Below are positions 1-9,893 of a stretch of DNA of 41,769 nucleotides, in pieces; the first letter of the stretch is position 1; each line of letters opens with the position of its first letter. The stretch is from the sequence record DRR723986_7890; one strand, 5' to 3'. The translations under genes and the position numbers were made by a program. The notes under the pieces were generated by a model. That model saw nothing but the letters and a program-made list of their open reading frames with translations. It did no database searches and was not told the DNA's origin.

Positions 1-198
1 GATCGAGAGCGGCGACCGAAGCGATCGAGAACCGCTTAGGGCTTCCCATTAGCGCCCCTCCGAACCTACTCACCTCGGATACGTTATCGCGTTGAGGCGA
101 TGCATCTTTCGCCCACTAGCGGTTTAGAGCACAATTGATTCTGATGTTCTTCAGTACTCCTCCCCCTCCCTCGCTGCCCTGATTTCCAGAATCGGTCG

Positions 199-1515
199 AT
201 GAATCACTCCGCAGACAATCCACAGACTCGAGTTGTTGTGACTGGCATGGGCCTAGTCAGCCCGCTTGGAAATGAAATTGACCAACTGTGGGACAACTTG
301 CTCGCAGGCAAGTCCGGCATCGCTCCGCTGGAACTAGTTCCGACAGATTCCCTGCCCTACAACTCGGGCGGCGAGTGCAAGGAATTCACCGGCAAAATCG
401 ACTGCTATGGCCCAATGGAGAAGAAGCTCCAGCGTTCGATCAAGAAGAACATGAAGGTCATGTGTCGCGAGATTGAGATGGGCGTGGCGGTTAGCCAGAA
501 AGCGCTGACTCACTGCGGCTTGCCTGAGGAGCGGGATGCGACGCGATGCGGCTGCCACTTTGGTTGCGATTACATTCTGACCCGCCCCGAAGAATACGTA
601 GATGGAGTTCGTGCCTGCCGCGATTTCAACTCGCCCTACGACGACAAGGACTGGCCCGAGCACGGACTGAACCAAGTCGAACCACTTTGGCTGCTGAAAT
701 ACTTGCCCAACATGCCGAACAGCCACGTGTCGATTTACAACGATTTCCGTGGGCCGAACAATTCCATCACGATGCGTGAGGCGAGCATGAACCTTGCCAT
801 CGCCGAGGCAACGTCGATCATTCAGCGCGGCGCCGCCGACTTGATGGTAGTCGGCTCAACAGGCAGTCGACTGCACCCCCTTCGCACATCGCACGTGACG
901 ATGATCGAGAACCTGGCCAGCCAGCGCGAAGACCCAACGGAAATGGCTCGCCCATACGACTCAACGTGCGACGGAATGGTGCTAGGCGAAGGAGCTGGAG
1001 CACTGGTCCTAGAGTCGCTTGAACACGCCCAAGCACGCGGAGCAACGATTTGGGCTGAAGTGATCGGTGCTGGTTCTACGATGGTTGGACCATCCCAGGA
1101 CGACTACATTTGCCAGGCGGTCGAGGGAGCGTTGAAAGCCGCGATCAGTGCCGCGGGCCAGCGCATGCCGGAGAAATGGCACGTCCACGCACATGGCTTG
1201 AGCAACCCAGAATTTGACGCCGGTGAATCACGAGCAATTGGCAAAGTGCTGTCCGGACACAACGACGTTCCGGTCACGGCTGCCAAGAGCTACTTCGGCA
1301 ACTTGGGCGCGGGCGCTACGGCAATTGAGTTGATTGCCAGCATTCTTGCGATGAAGAATCAGAAGCTATTTCCGATTCACAATCTGAACTCCCCGGCCGA
1401 TCACGTTACTTGGACACCTGCGACGCTTGATAGCTGCCCCGGCGAGGCAGTGTTGCACTCAAGCTACACGCAACAGGGCCAGGCCAGCAGCCTTATCCTT
1501 AGTTCTGCCACTTAG
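199..1515 (+). CDS. Beta-ketoacyl-ACP synthase II (FabF)-like protein with non-canonical active site
   Basis: RVVVTGMGLVSPLG N-terminus, ARPYD...DGMVLGEGAGALVLESLEHA, HAHG and TAAKSYFGN motifs match the KAS family. The catalytic Cys position is Glu and the second His is Asn. Confidence 0.88.
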   Translation: MNHSADNPQTRVVVTGMGLVSPLGNEIDQLWDNLLAGKSGIAPLELVPTDSLPYNSGGECKEFTGKIDCYGPMEKKLQRSIKKNMKVMCREIEMGVAVSQKALTHCGLPEERDATRCGCHFGCDYILTRPEEYVDGVRACRDFNSPYDDKDWPEHGLNQVEPLWLLKYLPNMPNSHVSIYNDFRGPNNSITMREASMNLAIAEATSIIQRGAADLMVVGSTGSRLHPLRTSHVTMIENLASQREDPTEMARPYDSTCDGMVLGEGAGALVLESLEHAQARGATIWAEVIGAGSTMVGPSQDDYICQAVEGALKAAISAAGQRMPEKWHVHAHGLSNPEFDAGESRAIGKVLSGHNDVPVTAAKSYFGNLGAGATAIELIASILAMKNQKLFPIHNLNSPADHVTWTPATLDSCPGEAVLHSSYTQQGQASSLILSSAT

Positions 1516-1635
1516 TTGTGACGACGACGCTTGCTCTTCATGAGCGAGGTCAAAACACGCGGGAGCGGGGCTTGGCTTGATCGCTGCTAACCTCCTGGCT
1601 CTGGTAGAATGCCCAGAATGAGGGCATTTCCTGCG

Positions 1636-1664
1636 TTGACACTCCCAATCGGCATCATTAGGAT
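1636..1664 (+). promoter_or_regulatory. Sigma70-type promoter of the nusA-infB-rbfA operon
   Basis: TTGACA (1636-1641), 17-nt spacer, TAGGAT (1659-1664). Confidence 0.75.
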
Positions 1665-1689
1665 TATCGGACTAACACTGAAACTTACC

Positions 1690-1875
1690 CAGCAGCGGTG
1701 GGTTTTGTGGGCCGAATCAGCCAATCACATTGGCTGAACCTGCCCCAAGTTTGCGATTGTCTATCTTGCCCGACCCTTACTTTTTGGTCGGAACGGTTGA
1801 AATCGCTTGGCTGGCACTCTCCAATTCTGAGTCCCGTCGGTCTTGGGTTTTCGGGCCGAATGGACCACCGCGCTG
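1690..1875 (+). ncRNA. Candidate structured 5' leader RNA of nusA
   Basis: Closing helix 1690-1701/1865-1875; internal hairpins 1717-1737, 1745-1810 and about 1837-1859. Confidence 0.5.
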
Positions 1876-1904
1876 ATTTACGGCGCGTACAAAAGCCAGC
1901 AAGT

Positions 1905-3365
1905 ATGAATCCTACGGAACTCCTCAGGCTCGTAGACTCACTCCATCGCGACAAAAACATCGATAGCGAGCTCGTCTTTACGGCGATTGAGTCTGCTTTG
2001 GTAACCGCGATGCGCAAATTGCGCGGCGAGGAGGCGGATGTAGTCGTCGAGATCAACCGAAGCACAGGCGACATCAGTGCGGCGTGCGACGGCGAAGAAC
2101 TGGATCAGGCTGAGATTGGTCGAATCGGTGCCCAGACCGCTAAGCAAGTCATTATTCAGAAGATCAAGGAAGCCGAGCGGGATTCGCAGCTCGACGAGTG
2201 GCACGATCAGGTCGGCCACTTAGTTACCGGAACAGTACAGCGTAGTGACCGCGGCGTGACTACGGTGCAGATGGGAAACATGGAAGCCATCTTGCCGCGC
2301 GGTGAGCAGATTTCCGGCGAAGCGTATCACAACGGCGACCGAATCCGAGCCGTTGTTTACGAAGTAAAAGCCGCTGGAAATCGCGTTAAGGTGATCCTTA
2401 GCAGAACAAAACCTCAGTTGGTCCAACGTCTCTTTGAACAAGAGATCCCAGAGATCACCGAAGGCGTTATTGAAATCAATGCGATCAGCCGCGAACCCGG
2501 CCATCGCAGCAAAGTGGCCGTTAGCAGTTCCGACCAACGTGTTGATTGCGTTGGAGCCTGCGTTGGTGTCCGCGGTAACCGAATCAAGAACATTACCAGC
2601 GAACTAGCTGGCGAGCGGATCGACATTGTCCGCTGGAGCGAAGACCCGCTGGAACTGATCCCAGCCGCACTTCAGCCCGCTGAGGTTGATCAAGTGCTGT
2701 TGTGCGACATGATCGGTCGTGCCATTGTGCTGGTGAAGGACGATCAGCTCTCGCAGGCCATTGGGAAATACGGTCAAAATGTCCGCCTCGCCAGCAAACT
2801 GGTCGGCTGGGACATTGAAATCATGACCACTTCAGAGCTTGAAAGCCAGATTGACCGGGCGGTCACGGCCTTCATGGAACTCAAGGGCATGACGGACGAA
2901 TTGGCCCAAAGCCTAGTAGAACAGGGGTATTTATCGTACGATGACCTATCCGTCATCGAACCTGAACACCTCATGGAGATGGGCGGCATGACCGAAGAAC
3001 AGGTCGATGCCATCGTGGAACAGGCCGATGAGCGAGCCGAAGAGGCGGAGCGAATCGCTGAAGAACAGAAGCAACTGAAGAAACAACTCGAAGCTGCGGG
3101 AATCGACCCGTCGAAGTTGGGCGCGGCGAAACCAGCCCCAGCACCTGAAGCCGCTGCACCCGAAGCCCCCACGCAGCCCGAACCAGCCGAAGAAGCTGCC
3201 AGCTCGGCAGAACCCACAGATGCACCAGCTCCTGAAGCAGCACCCGCTGCCGATGAGCCAGCATCTACTGAAACAACAGAGATAAACGCGGAAGCGAGCG
3301 AAGGCTCCACAGAGACTGCGACCGAGGAAACAATGGATAAGACCAATGTCGCCGATAGCAAGTAA
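1905..3365 (+). CDS. nusA: Transcription termination/antitermination factor NusA
   Basis: GRIGAQTAKQVIIQKIKEAER, S1 and KH motifs (SREPGHRSKVAV, GACVGVRGNRIK, AIGKYGQNVRLASKL), acidic Ala/Pro tail. Start reassigned from 1698 to ATG 1905 (MNPTELLRLVDSLHRDK), where recognisable NusA sequence begins. Confidence 0.96.
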   Translation: MNPTELLRLVDSLHRDKNIDSELVFTAIESALVTAMRKLRGEEADVVVEINRSTGDISAACDGEELDQAEIGRIGAQTAKQVIIQKIKEAERDSQLDEWHDQVGHLVTGTVQRSDRGVTTVQMGNMEAILPRGEQISGEAYHNGDRIRAVVYEVKAAGNRVKVILSRTKPQLVQRLFEQEIPEITEGVIEINAISREPGHRSKVAVSSSDQRVDCVGACVGVRGNRIKNITSELAGERIDIVRWSEDPLELIPAALQPAEVDQVLLCDMIGRAIVLVKDDQLSQAIGKYGQNVRLASKLVGWDIEIMTTSELESQIDRAVTAFMELKGMTDELAQSLVEQGYLSYDDLSVIEPEHLMEMGGMTEEQVDAIVEQADERAEEAERIAEEQKQLKKQLEAAGIDPSKLGAAKPAPAPEAAAPEAPTQPEPAEEAASSAEPTDAPAPEAAPAADEPASTETTEINAEASEGSTETATEETMDKTNVADSK

Positions 3366-3559
3366 AAAGCTGGTCATGTTTGATCGGCCAACCGCTTCGG
3401 CTAACTCGTGTTTCCAGGTAGGCATCCATTCTTTTAAAGGGTGGTTGCCATGTAGATGACACATCCACGTGCACCCATGGTGGTCGTGTCAGCAGCCGAG
3501 TGCCAGCGCCTCGAATTCGCTCGTACACACCATTTTTTTGTCCCTAGGAACGATTGCAC

Positions 3560-6442
3560 GTGCCGAAACGCATCTACGCGTTAGCGAAAGAGCTAACGAT
3601 GGATAGCAAAGATCTGGTTGATCTTTGCACCAAACTCGGAATCCTCAATAAGGGTTCCGCTCTTGCCAGCCTTGATGATGGCGAAGTTGAACGCATCAAT
3701 CAGCATCTTGCTGAATCCAAGGCCAGTAAGGAGACCGCTGCGCCCGCAGCCGCCAAGCCAACCAAGGATCTCAAGCCGCAGCGACCATCTCGAACGGGTC
3801 GAGACGACGGCAGGATTCGCGTCCTCAACAAGCCAGCGTCGACGAAGGCTCAGGACGAACAAGGCGATTCCGATAGCAGTGTGGCTGTCGAGGAAGCTCC
3901 TGCTGAGCCTCCAGCGGACGCAGTTGCCGCCGAAGCGACCACTGAGAGTCCAGCCGAAACTGCCGAGCCAGTAGCCGAAGCCGCCCCAGAGGCACCTGCT
4001 GGCGTGGTTGAAACTCCAACAGCGGAACCGGAACCAGCCGAGGAAGCACCTGCTGCGAAGAAGCCACTGGCACGCCCACTATCACGGAAAGACTATGTCT
4101 CTCCCGGTGCCGCAGGCGGAGGACAAGTTCGTTCGCTTGACGCTCGACGCGGTGGTGGTGCCGAGAAACCAGCGACCGAAGAGCGCAAGCCTGAAGAGCG
4201 CAAGAAGCAACAGCGCCGCGCCCCAGTGATCAACCTTGCCAAGCTTCCGCAAGGCAAAGCTCCTCCAGTGCCGCCGCCAAAGTCGAGTGAGCCAGCGCCG
4301 CAGCGCCCCGAAATTCGATTCACCAAAGATGACATCTCCGGTCAAAAACAGGGCATGAAAGCCCCGTTGGCGGAGATGGAAGAGAGCAACAACGCTGCCA
4401 AGGAATCGCCGCGTGGCCGCGGTGCCAACCCTGGCGGACTAAAAGACTTCAACGCCTCGCGGACCAAGGGCGGCAAGCCTGGACGCAAGGACGAAGATGA
4501 TGACGGTCCACGCAAACGCGGCTCCGGCTTGGCAGCTGCCCGGCAGGATCGCAAGCGTCGTGGTGGCCGTCGCGGTGACGACGACGATCGACGCTCACGC
4601 CGCGGCTCGCGACTGGTCCGCAAGGGCACCAACACGGCAGCTCCGCGGAAGGAAGCCGTAGGACTGGAACTGCCTTGCACCGTTCGCAGCTTCTCCGAAG
4701 CCGCCGGTGTTCCCGCTGGTCGCGTTCTCGGAACGCTCATGCAAATGGGCCAAGGACTCACGATCAACGCCAACCTGGAAGCGGAAATGGCGGAGATGTT
4801 GGCCGTTGAACTGGATGTTGAAATCGAGTTCAAGCAACCACCAACACTCGAAGAACGACTCATCGATGACATCGAAAGCATCGAAGACGCTCCCGAAGAG
4901 CTGGCATCGCGACCGCCAATCGTCACCTTCCTTGGACACGTCGACCACGGTAAGACCTCGCTGCTGGATTACATCATCGGCACGAGCGTTGTCACCGGTG
5001 AAGCTGGTGGTATCACGCAACATATTCGTGCTTACCAGATCGAAAAAGACGACAAAACAATTTCGTTCGTCGATACACCCGGCCACGAAGCGTTCACCGA
5101 AATGCGTGCTCGTGGAGCCAACGTCACGGATATTGCGGTTCTCGTAATCGCCGCCGACGACGGCATCATGCCGCAAACCGAGGAAGCCATCAGTCACGCC
5201 AAAGCGGCCGAGGTGCCGATTGTTGTCGCACTCAACAAGATCGATGTCCCTGGCGTCGATCCAAACCGCGCGATGACGCAAATGACTGAACATGGCCTTA
5301 CACCTAGTGAATGGGGCGGCGACGTGGAAGTCGTCAAGACAAGTGCCATCACTGGTGAAGGCATGGACGAACTCCTTGAAACCATCCTCACCGTTGCCGA
5401 ATTGCACGACTACCAGGCGAACCCATCGCGGCCAGCCGTCGGTGTCTGCTTGGAATCCGAGCAACAATCCGACAAGGGTGTCATCGCCAAGATGGTCGTC
5501 CAGAACGGTACCCTCAAGGTTGGGGATGTAGTTCTCTGTGGCACAAGCTACGGACGAGTCAAAGCACTTTACGACACGCTGCGACCCTCAGTACAACTGC
5601 CTGAAGCGGGACCAACCGTTCCAGTCAACGTCACCGGTCTCGATACGGCCCCAGGTGCTGGAGATCGGTTCTACGTGCTCGACGACATCGCCGATGCACG
5701 GGAACTTGCCGAGACGCGTGGCGATCAAACTCGAGCACAATCGCTCTCGGGCACTTCGCCGAAGGTATCCTTCGATGCATTCCAAGAAATGCTGCAAAGC
5801 GGCAAACTTGGACAAGTCGAAGACAAGGTTGAACTCAACCTTATCATCCGTGCCGATGCTCGTGGCTCGCTCGAAGCGATCGAGAAAGAACTTGGCAAAC
5901 TCGAACACCCAGAAGTCGACATTCGCATTCTGCAAAAGAGTGTGGGTGGAGTCTCTGTTGCTGACGTGACACTTGGCAGCGCCTCACAGGCGGTGATTGT
6001 TGGATTCAATGTGATCCCAGATGAAAACGCTCGCATGCTGGCGGATGAAAAGGACGTTGAGATTCGACGTTACGACATCATCTACAAGCTTGCTGAAGAC
6101 ATCAAAGCCATCATCGAAGGTCGGCTTCGTCCTGAAGAACGCGTCATTGAACTGGGCCGAGCCCTGGTCAAAACCGTCTTCAACATCACTCGAGTTGGCG
6201 CTGTAGCTGGCTGTTATGTTGCCCAAGGTGCCATCGAACGCGGCTGCCGCATTCGGGTCAACCGGGACAACCGAACAATCGGCGACTACCCGCTGGATTC
6301 ACTGAAACGCCACAAAGACGACGTCAAAGAAGTCCCTCGTGGAATGGAATGCGGTATTCGGCTCTCTGGCTTCAATGATTTGAAGCAAGACGATGTTCTC
6401 GAAGCGTATCGCATCGAAGAGGTTGCTCGGACGCTAGATTAG
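3560..6442 (+). CDS. infB: Translation initiation factor IF-2
   Basis: [31 protein letters not shown]-motifs; IF2 N-domain RIYALAKEL. Probable start GTG 3560 (ORF track gives 3554). Confidence 0.97.
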   Translation: MPKRIYALAKELTMDSKDLVDLCTKLGILNKGSALASLDDGEVERINQHLAESKASKETAAPAAAKPTKDLKPQRPSRTGRDDGRIRVLNKPASTKAQDEQGDSDSSVAVEEAPAEPPADAVAAEATTESPAETAEPVAEAAPEAPAGVVETPTAEPEPAEEAPAAKKPLARPLSRKDYVSPGAAGGGQVRSLDARRGGGAEKPATEERKPEERKKQQRRAPVINLAKLPQGKAPPVPPPKSSEPAPQRPEIRFTKDDISGQKQGMKAPLAEMEESNNAAKESPRGRGANPGGLKDFNASRTKGGKPGRKDEDDDGPRKRGSGLAAARQDRKRRGGRRGDDDDRRSRRGSRLVRKGTNTAAPRKEAVGLELPCTVRSFSEAAGVPAGRVLGTLMQMGQGLTINANLEAEMAEMLAVELDVEIEFKQPPTLEERLIDDIESIEDAPEELASRPPIVTFLGHVDHGKTSLLDYIIGTSVVTGEAGGITQHIRAYQIEKDDKTISFVDTPGHEAFTEMRARGANVTDIAVLVIAADDGIMPQTEEAISHAKAAEVPIVVALNKIDVPGVDPNRAMTQMTEHGLTPSEWGGDVEVVKTSAITGEGMDELLETILTVAELHDYQANPSRPAVGVCLESEQQSDKGVIAKMVVQNGTLKVGDVVLCGTSYGRVKALYDTLRPSVQLPEAGPTVPVNVTGLDTAPGAGDRFYVLDDIADARELAETRGDQTRAQSLSGTSPKVSFDAFQEMLQSGKLGQVEDKVELNLIIRADARGSLEAIEKELGKLEHPEVDIRILQKSVGGVSVADVTLGSASQAVIVGFNVIPDENARMLADEKDVEIRRYDIIYKLAEDIKAIIEGRLRPEERVIELGRALVKTVFNITRVGAVAGCYVAQGAIERGCRIRVNRDNRTIGDYPLDSLKRHKDDVKEVPRGMECGIRLSGFNDLKQDDVLEAYRIEEVARTLD

Positions 6443-6614
6443 AATCGGCCACACCACTGCCGAGCATCTCTGGTTCGAATTGCACCGCAATCGTCCCAGC
6501 GGATGCTCTCCACGCAGTCGGATGCGTCCGCCCTTCCGCACCACTGGGTAGATTACCTGCCTCAGTGGCGAGCCAATCACGCCAGAGAACCAACGCAAAG
6601 AATTCAACTCAAGT

Positions 6615-7034
6615 ATGCCAAGCCGTAGAACACTGAAGGCCGCTGAGGCAATTCGCGAAGTCGTCAGCATGGCGATTCTGACCGAAATTCGCGATCCGCG
6701 TGTCGAAAACGTCACGGTCACTGCCGTGGACGTCGCACCCGACATGCGAACTGCCAAAATATTGGTCAGTATCATGGCCGAAGAAAGCAAGCAGCAATTA
6801 TGCTTGCGTGGCCTCCAGAATTCGGCCGGATTCCTTCAGTCGAAAATTGCCAAGCGGATCGACACACGCTATACGCCGCGACTTACATTTGAAATCGACA
6901 CCGGCATTAAGAAGAGCTTGGAAGTTGGCCGTATTCTGAGCGAACTGGCCAAGGAACGCGAACAGCGCGAGGCGGAACGAGCGGGAGAGCCCGCAGCGGA
7001 AGAGCCTCCTGCCCAAGACAACAACGAAGATTAG
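6615..7034 (+). CDS. rbfA: 30S ribosome-binding factor A
   Basis: IRDPRVENVTVTAVDVAPDMRTAK and RYTPRLTFEID motifs; follows infB. Confidence 0.95.
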   Translation: MPSRRTLKAAEAIREVVSMAILTEIRDPRVENVTVTAVDVAPDMRTAKILVSIMAEESKQQLCLRGLQNSAGFLQSKIAKRIDTRYTPRLTFEIDTGIKKSLEVGRILSELAKEREQREAERAGEPAAEEPPAQDNNED

Positions 7035-7169
7035 TGAGCTAGGATTGTCCTAGCCGGACACCTGCCCCGAACGATACACAACTATCCGGAGCCAACGCAT
7101 CGCGTCCGGACGGCTTAGGCTCCCGATCAATTTGAACCAAGCATAACCTGCAGATAGACCGAGTTACGA

Positions 7170-8072
7170 ATGAGCGGCAAGAATCGCGGCGACAAAATTT
7201 CATTGCTACACAAGGTTGTTCTTAAGCACTTCACTCCGATCGACCCGCCAGACGATCATTCAGTGCTGGAGACTTTGCTGTACGCCTGCTGTCTTGAAGA
7301 CGCAACCGACGACGCTGCCGATGAAGCGTTCCATCGCCTCCGCGAGTCGTTTTTTGACTGGAACGAGATTCGTGTAACGACCATTACCGAACTCTGCGAT
7401 TCACTCCATAACTTGCCCGACCCGGCGGCTGCCGCAGTTCGGATTAAGAAGAACCTGCAGTCTTTGTTCGAGACGCGCTACAGCTTCGACATTGACGACA
7501 TGGTCAAGATGAATCAGGGCAAGGCCGTCGCCGAACTAGAACAACTGGCTGGCATGTCCAAGTTCGTTCTCGGCTACACAACCCAGCACGCTCTGGGCGG
7601 CCATTCAATCCCAGTCAGCAAATCGATCATGGCAATTTTGCTTGCCACCGAAATTGTCTCCGAGGCAGAAGCGGCAAAGTGGCAGGCCCCAGGCCTGGAG
7701 CGGACGGTACCCAAGACGAAAGGCGTTGCCTTTGCCTCTTGCCTTCACCAACTTGCCGTTGCCAACGCAGCCTCTCCGACTAACAAGAATGTTCTAGCGA
7801 TTATGAAGGAGGCCGGGGCGAAGCCGGTGGCTGCTCCGAAGAAGGCGGCCGCGAGAAAAGCTCCAGCTAAGAAATCGGCAGCCAAGAAGGCCGAACCGAA
7901 GAAAGCTGAGCCAAAGGCAGCAGAAGCTAGTGATGCTGGCGAGTCGGAAAAGCCAGCGAAGAAAACCGCGAAGAAGTCAACCAAAAAGGCTGCTCCGGCG
8001 AAGAAGAAAACCGCGCCAAGCAAAAAGGCTGCCGGTTCAACGAAGAAGATCTCCAAGAAGAAGCCGCGATAG
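7170..8072 (+). CDS. HhH-GPD/endonuclease-III-like fold protein with Lys/Ala/Pro-rich histone-H1-like C-terminal tail
   Basis: FFDWNEIRVT...EL...RIKKNLQSLF resembles the HhH-GPD superfamily. The C-terminal ~85 aa consist of PAKK/KKAA repeats. Confidence 0.6.
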   Translation: MSGKNRGDKISLLHKVVLKHFTPIDPPDDHSVLETLLYACCLEDATDDAADEAFHRLRESFFDWNEIRVTTITELCDSLHNLPDPAAAAVRIKKNLQSLFETRYSFDIDDMVKMNQGKAVAELEQLAGMSKFVLGYTTQHALGGHSIPVSKSIMAILLATEIVSEAEAAKWQAPGLERTVPKTKGVAFASCLHQLAVANAASPTNKNVLAIMKEAGAKPVAAPKKAAARKAPAKKSAAKKAEPKKAEPKAAEASDAGESEKPAKKTAKKSTKKAAPAKKKTAPSKKAAGSTKKISKKKPR

Positions 8073-8096
8073 AACCCTAGCGAAAGTGCTTGATTC

Positions 8097-8849
8097 ATGG
8101 CAGGACACTCCCACTCAGCCAACATCAAACACCGCAAAGCTGCCGTTGATGGAAAACGCAGCAAACTCTGGTCAAAATTGTCCAAGGCAATCATCGTTGC
8201 CGCACAGATGGGCGGCGGTGATCCAGACACAAACATTCGCCTGCGAACCGTCATCGCAGAAGCAAAGTCGGTTAGCCTGCCGAAGGACAATATCGAACGC
8301 GCCATCAAGAAGGGCACTGGTGAAATCGAAGGCGGCAACGTCGAAGAGATCATCTACGAAGGCTACGGACCAGGCGGCGTAGCGGTCATGTGCGATATCA
8401 TGACCGACAATCGCAATCGCACCGCGCCGGAACTCCGCAAACTCTTTGATACCTTTGGCGGGAACCTCGGTGCAACTGGATGCGTTGCCTATATTTTCGA
8501 CCGCCGAGGCCTGATTGCAGTTGAGAAACAGGCTGCCAATCCTGAAACGGTGATGGAAATCGCCATGGAGAACGAGGCACTCGACGTCATTGATGAAGCC
8601 GAGCACATCGAAGTCCACACGGCACCGGAACAGTTCTCAACGGTGGTTGAAGCTTTCGAGCAAGCTGAAATTCCAATGTTGATCAGCGAAGTCAAACGCA
8701 TACCGCAAAACACGGTTGACCTTGACCAGGAAACGGCCGGCAAAGTTCTTCGCCTCCTAGAGCAACTGGATGATCACGACGACGTCCAAAGCGTCTCCAC
8801 CAATCTCAACTTCTCATGCCCCGCGGTGGCTGCTGCTATGGACTCTTAA
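8097..8849 (+). CDS. yebC: YebC/PmpR family protein
   Basis: MAGHSHSANIKHRKA, YEGYGPGGVAV, TDNRNRT, DDHDDVQSVSTN signatures. Confidence 0.95.
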   Translation: MAGHSHSANIKHRKAAVDGKRSKLWSKLSKAIIVAAQMGGGDPDTNIRLRTVIAEAKSVSLPKDNIERAIKKGTGEIEGGNVEEIIYEGYGPGGVAVMCDIMTDNRNRTAPELRKLFDTFGGNLGATGCVAYIFDRRGLIAVEKQAANPETVMEIAMENEALDVIDEAEHIEVHTAPEQFSTVVEAFEQAEIPMLISEVKRIPQNTVDLDQETAGKVLRLLEQLDDHDDVQSVSTNLNFSCPAVAAAMDS

Positions 8850-9014
8850 TCCGCCTCTTGCAATTGTCAGGATCCGCTAGTGTCGCGCAAACCCTGATCA
8901 GCCGTTATGCCCCAAGCTGTACGCTAAGGCTTCTCGACTTTCAAAAGCTGATCTGATTTTGCGATATACTGCTTAGTTGGAATCCGCGCGGTTGATCGTC
9001 GAAAGCCCAGTTAG

Positions 9015-9893
9015 ATGCATGCAGATGAAAAAGCGACTGGGGTTGATTCGACAGGCCCCGACGTCGACTACGCTCAACCGCAAGTTATCCCTCCGAGTGC
9101 GAGAGCATGGCTCGGAACGGCAGTGGCCAATGCGTTCATGCTGTTCATAAGCGTTCCATTGTCTGGGCCCGACGTGTGTATCAGCATCTGCATGGGCCAA
9201 TTGATCGTCCTGTGTTTCTGGATGATGTTTGGCACTGAGGATCTTCGCAACAGACTCCAGCTCGGACCTCTCCTGGCAGCGTCGACACTCTTCATTTGCG
9301 CCAACCGAACCGGCTTTGGCCTCGACAACCTAATTAGCCAAACCTTCGGCCTTGGCACAATCGTTGTCTTTCTCTTCGCGGTTCCGTTCTGGTACCTAAA
9401 GAGTCGTGGCTGGGAATTTACACATCCACATGATGTACTCACCGAGAATCACCAGTTTTCGATTCGCTGGATCCTGGCCGCAACGCTAGTGTTCGCCGTC
9501 ATCGCCGCAGTTCATGGTGCATTTGCGGATAAGATCGACGTGGCATCTACGAGCGTGGTGCCATCACTAGTGCGTGCGTTGGCCGTCCCAATTGCATGGA
9601 CCTTCTTCGCCGGCGGAACCATTGCAATCATCTGGGCCGTACTATCGCCCCTCAATCTGCCCAGCCGATTACTGAAGGCCCTGCTCTATTTTGCACCGGC
9701 GACTTTACCACTCACGGTTGAACTCGGGTCCAAGCCCCACCAACAGTGGCTTATTTTGATCGTTCCTGCAGTCGTCTGCGTCACCGTTTCACTTCTCTGC
9801 GTACGCCAGTCGGGTTTGAGGTTAGTCAACCGGAATGAGTGGCTTCGCAAGCAGGAAGCTAGTCGTTCTGATGAATCACTACAGCTCGATTGA
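9015..9893 (+). CDS. Multi-pass membrane protein, unknown function
   Basis: 292-aa ORF with about 8 hydrophobic segments and a QFSIRWILAAT motif of the kind seen in planctomycete membrane proteins. The 3' end overlaps convergent leuA by 35 bp. Confidence 0.65.
   Translation: MHADEKATGVDSTGPDVDYAQPQVIPPSARAWLGTAVANAFMLFISVPLSGPDVCISICMGQLIVLCFWMMFGTEDLRNRLQLGPLLAASTLFICANRTGFGLDNLISQTFGLGTIVVFLFAVPFWYLKSRGWEFTHPHDVLTENHQFSIRWILAATLVFAVIAAVHGAFADKIDVASTSVVPSLVRALAVPIAWTFFAGGTIAIIWAVLSPLNLPSRLLKALLYFAPATLPLTVELGSKPHQQWLILIVPAVVCVTVSLLCVRQSGLRLVNRNEWLRKQEASRSDESLQLD

Noticed and set aside
1-95. Possible 3' end of an upstream CDS (frame ending TGA at 93-95)
   Set aside because: Too short to assign a frame or product
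1698-1904. 69-aa N-terminal extension of NusA in the ORF track
   Set aside because: Not protein-like; recognisable NusA starts at ATG 1905 and the region reads better as a structured leader
2774-8353. Long antisense ORFs opposite nusA, infB and the Lys-rich gene (e.g. 4595..5467, 7745..8353)
   Set aside because: Shadow frames expected from the codon bias of highly expressed GC-rich genes
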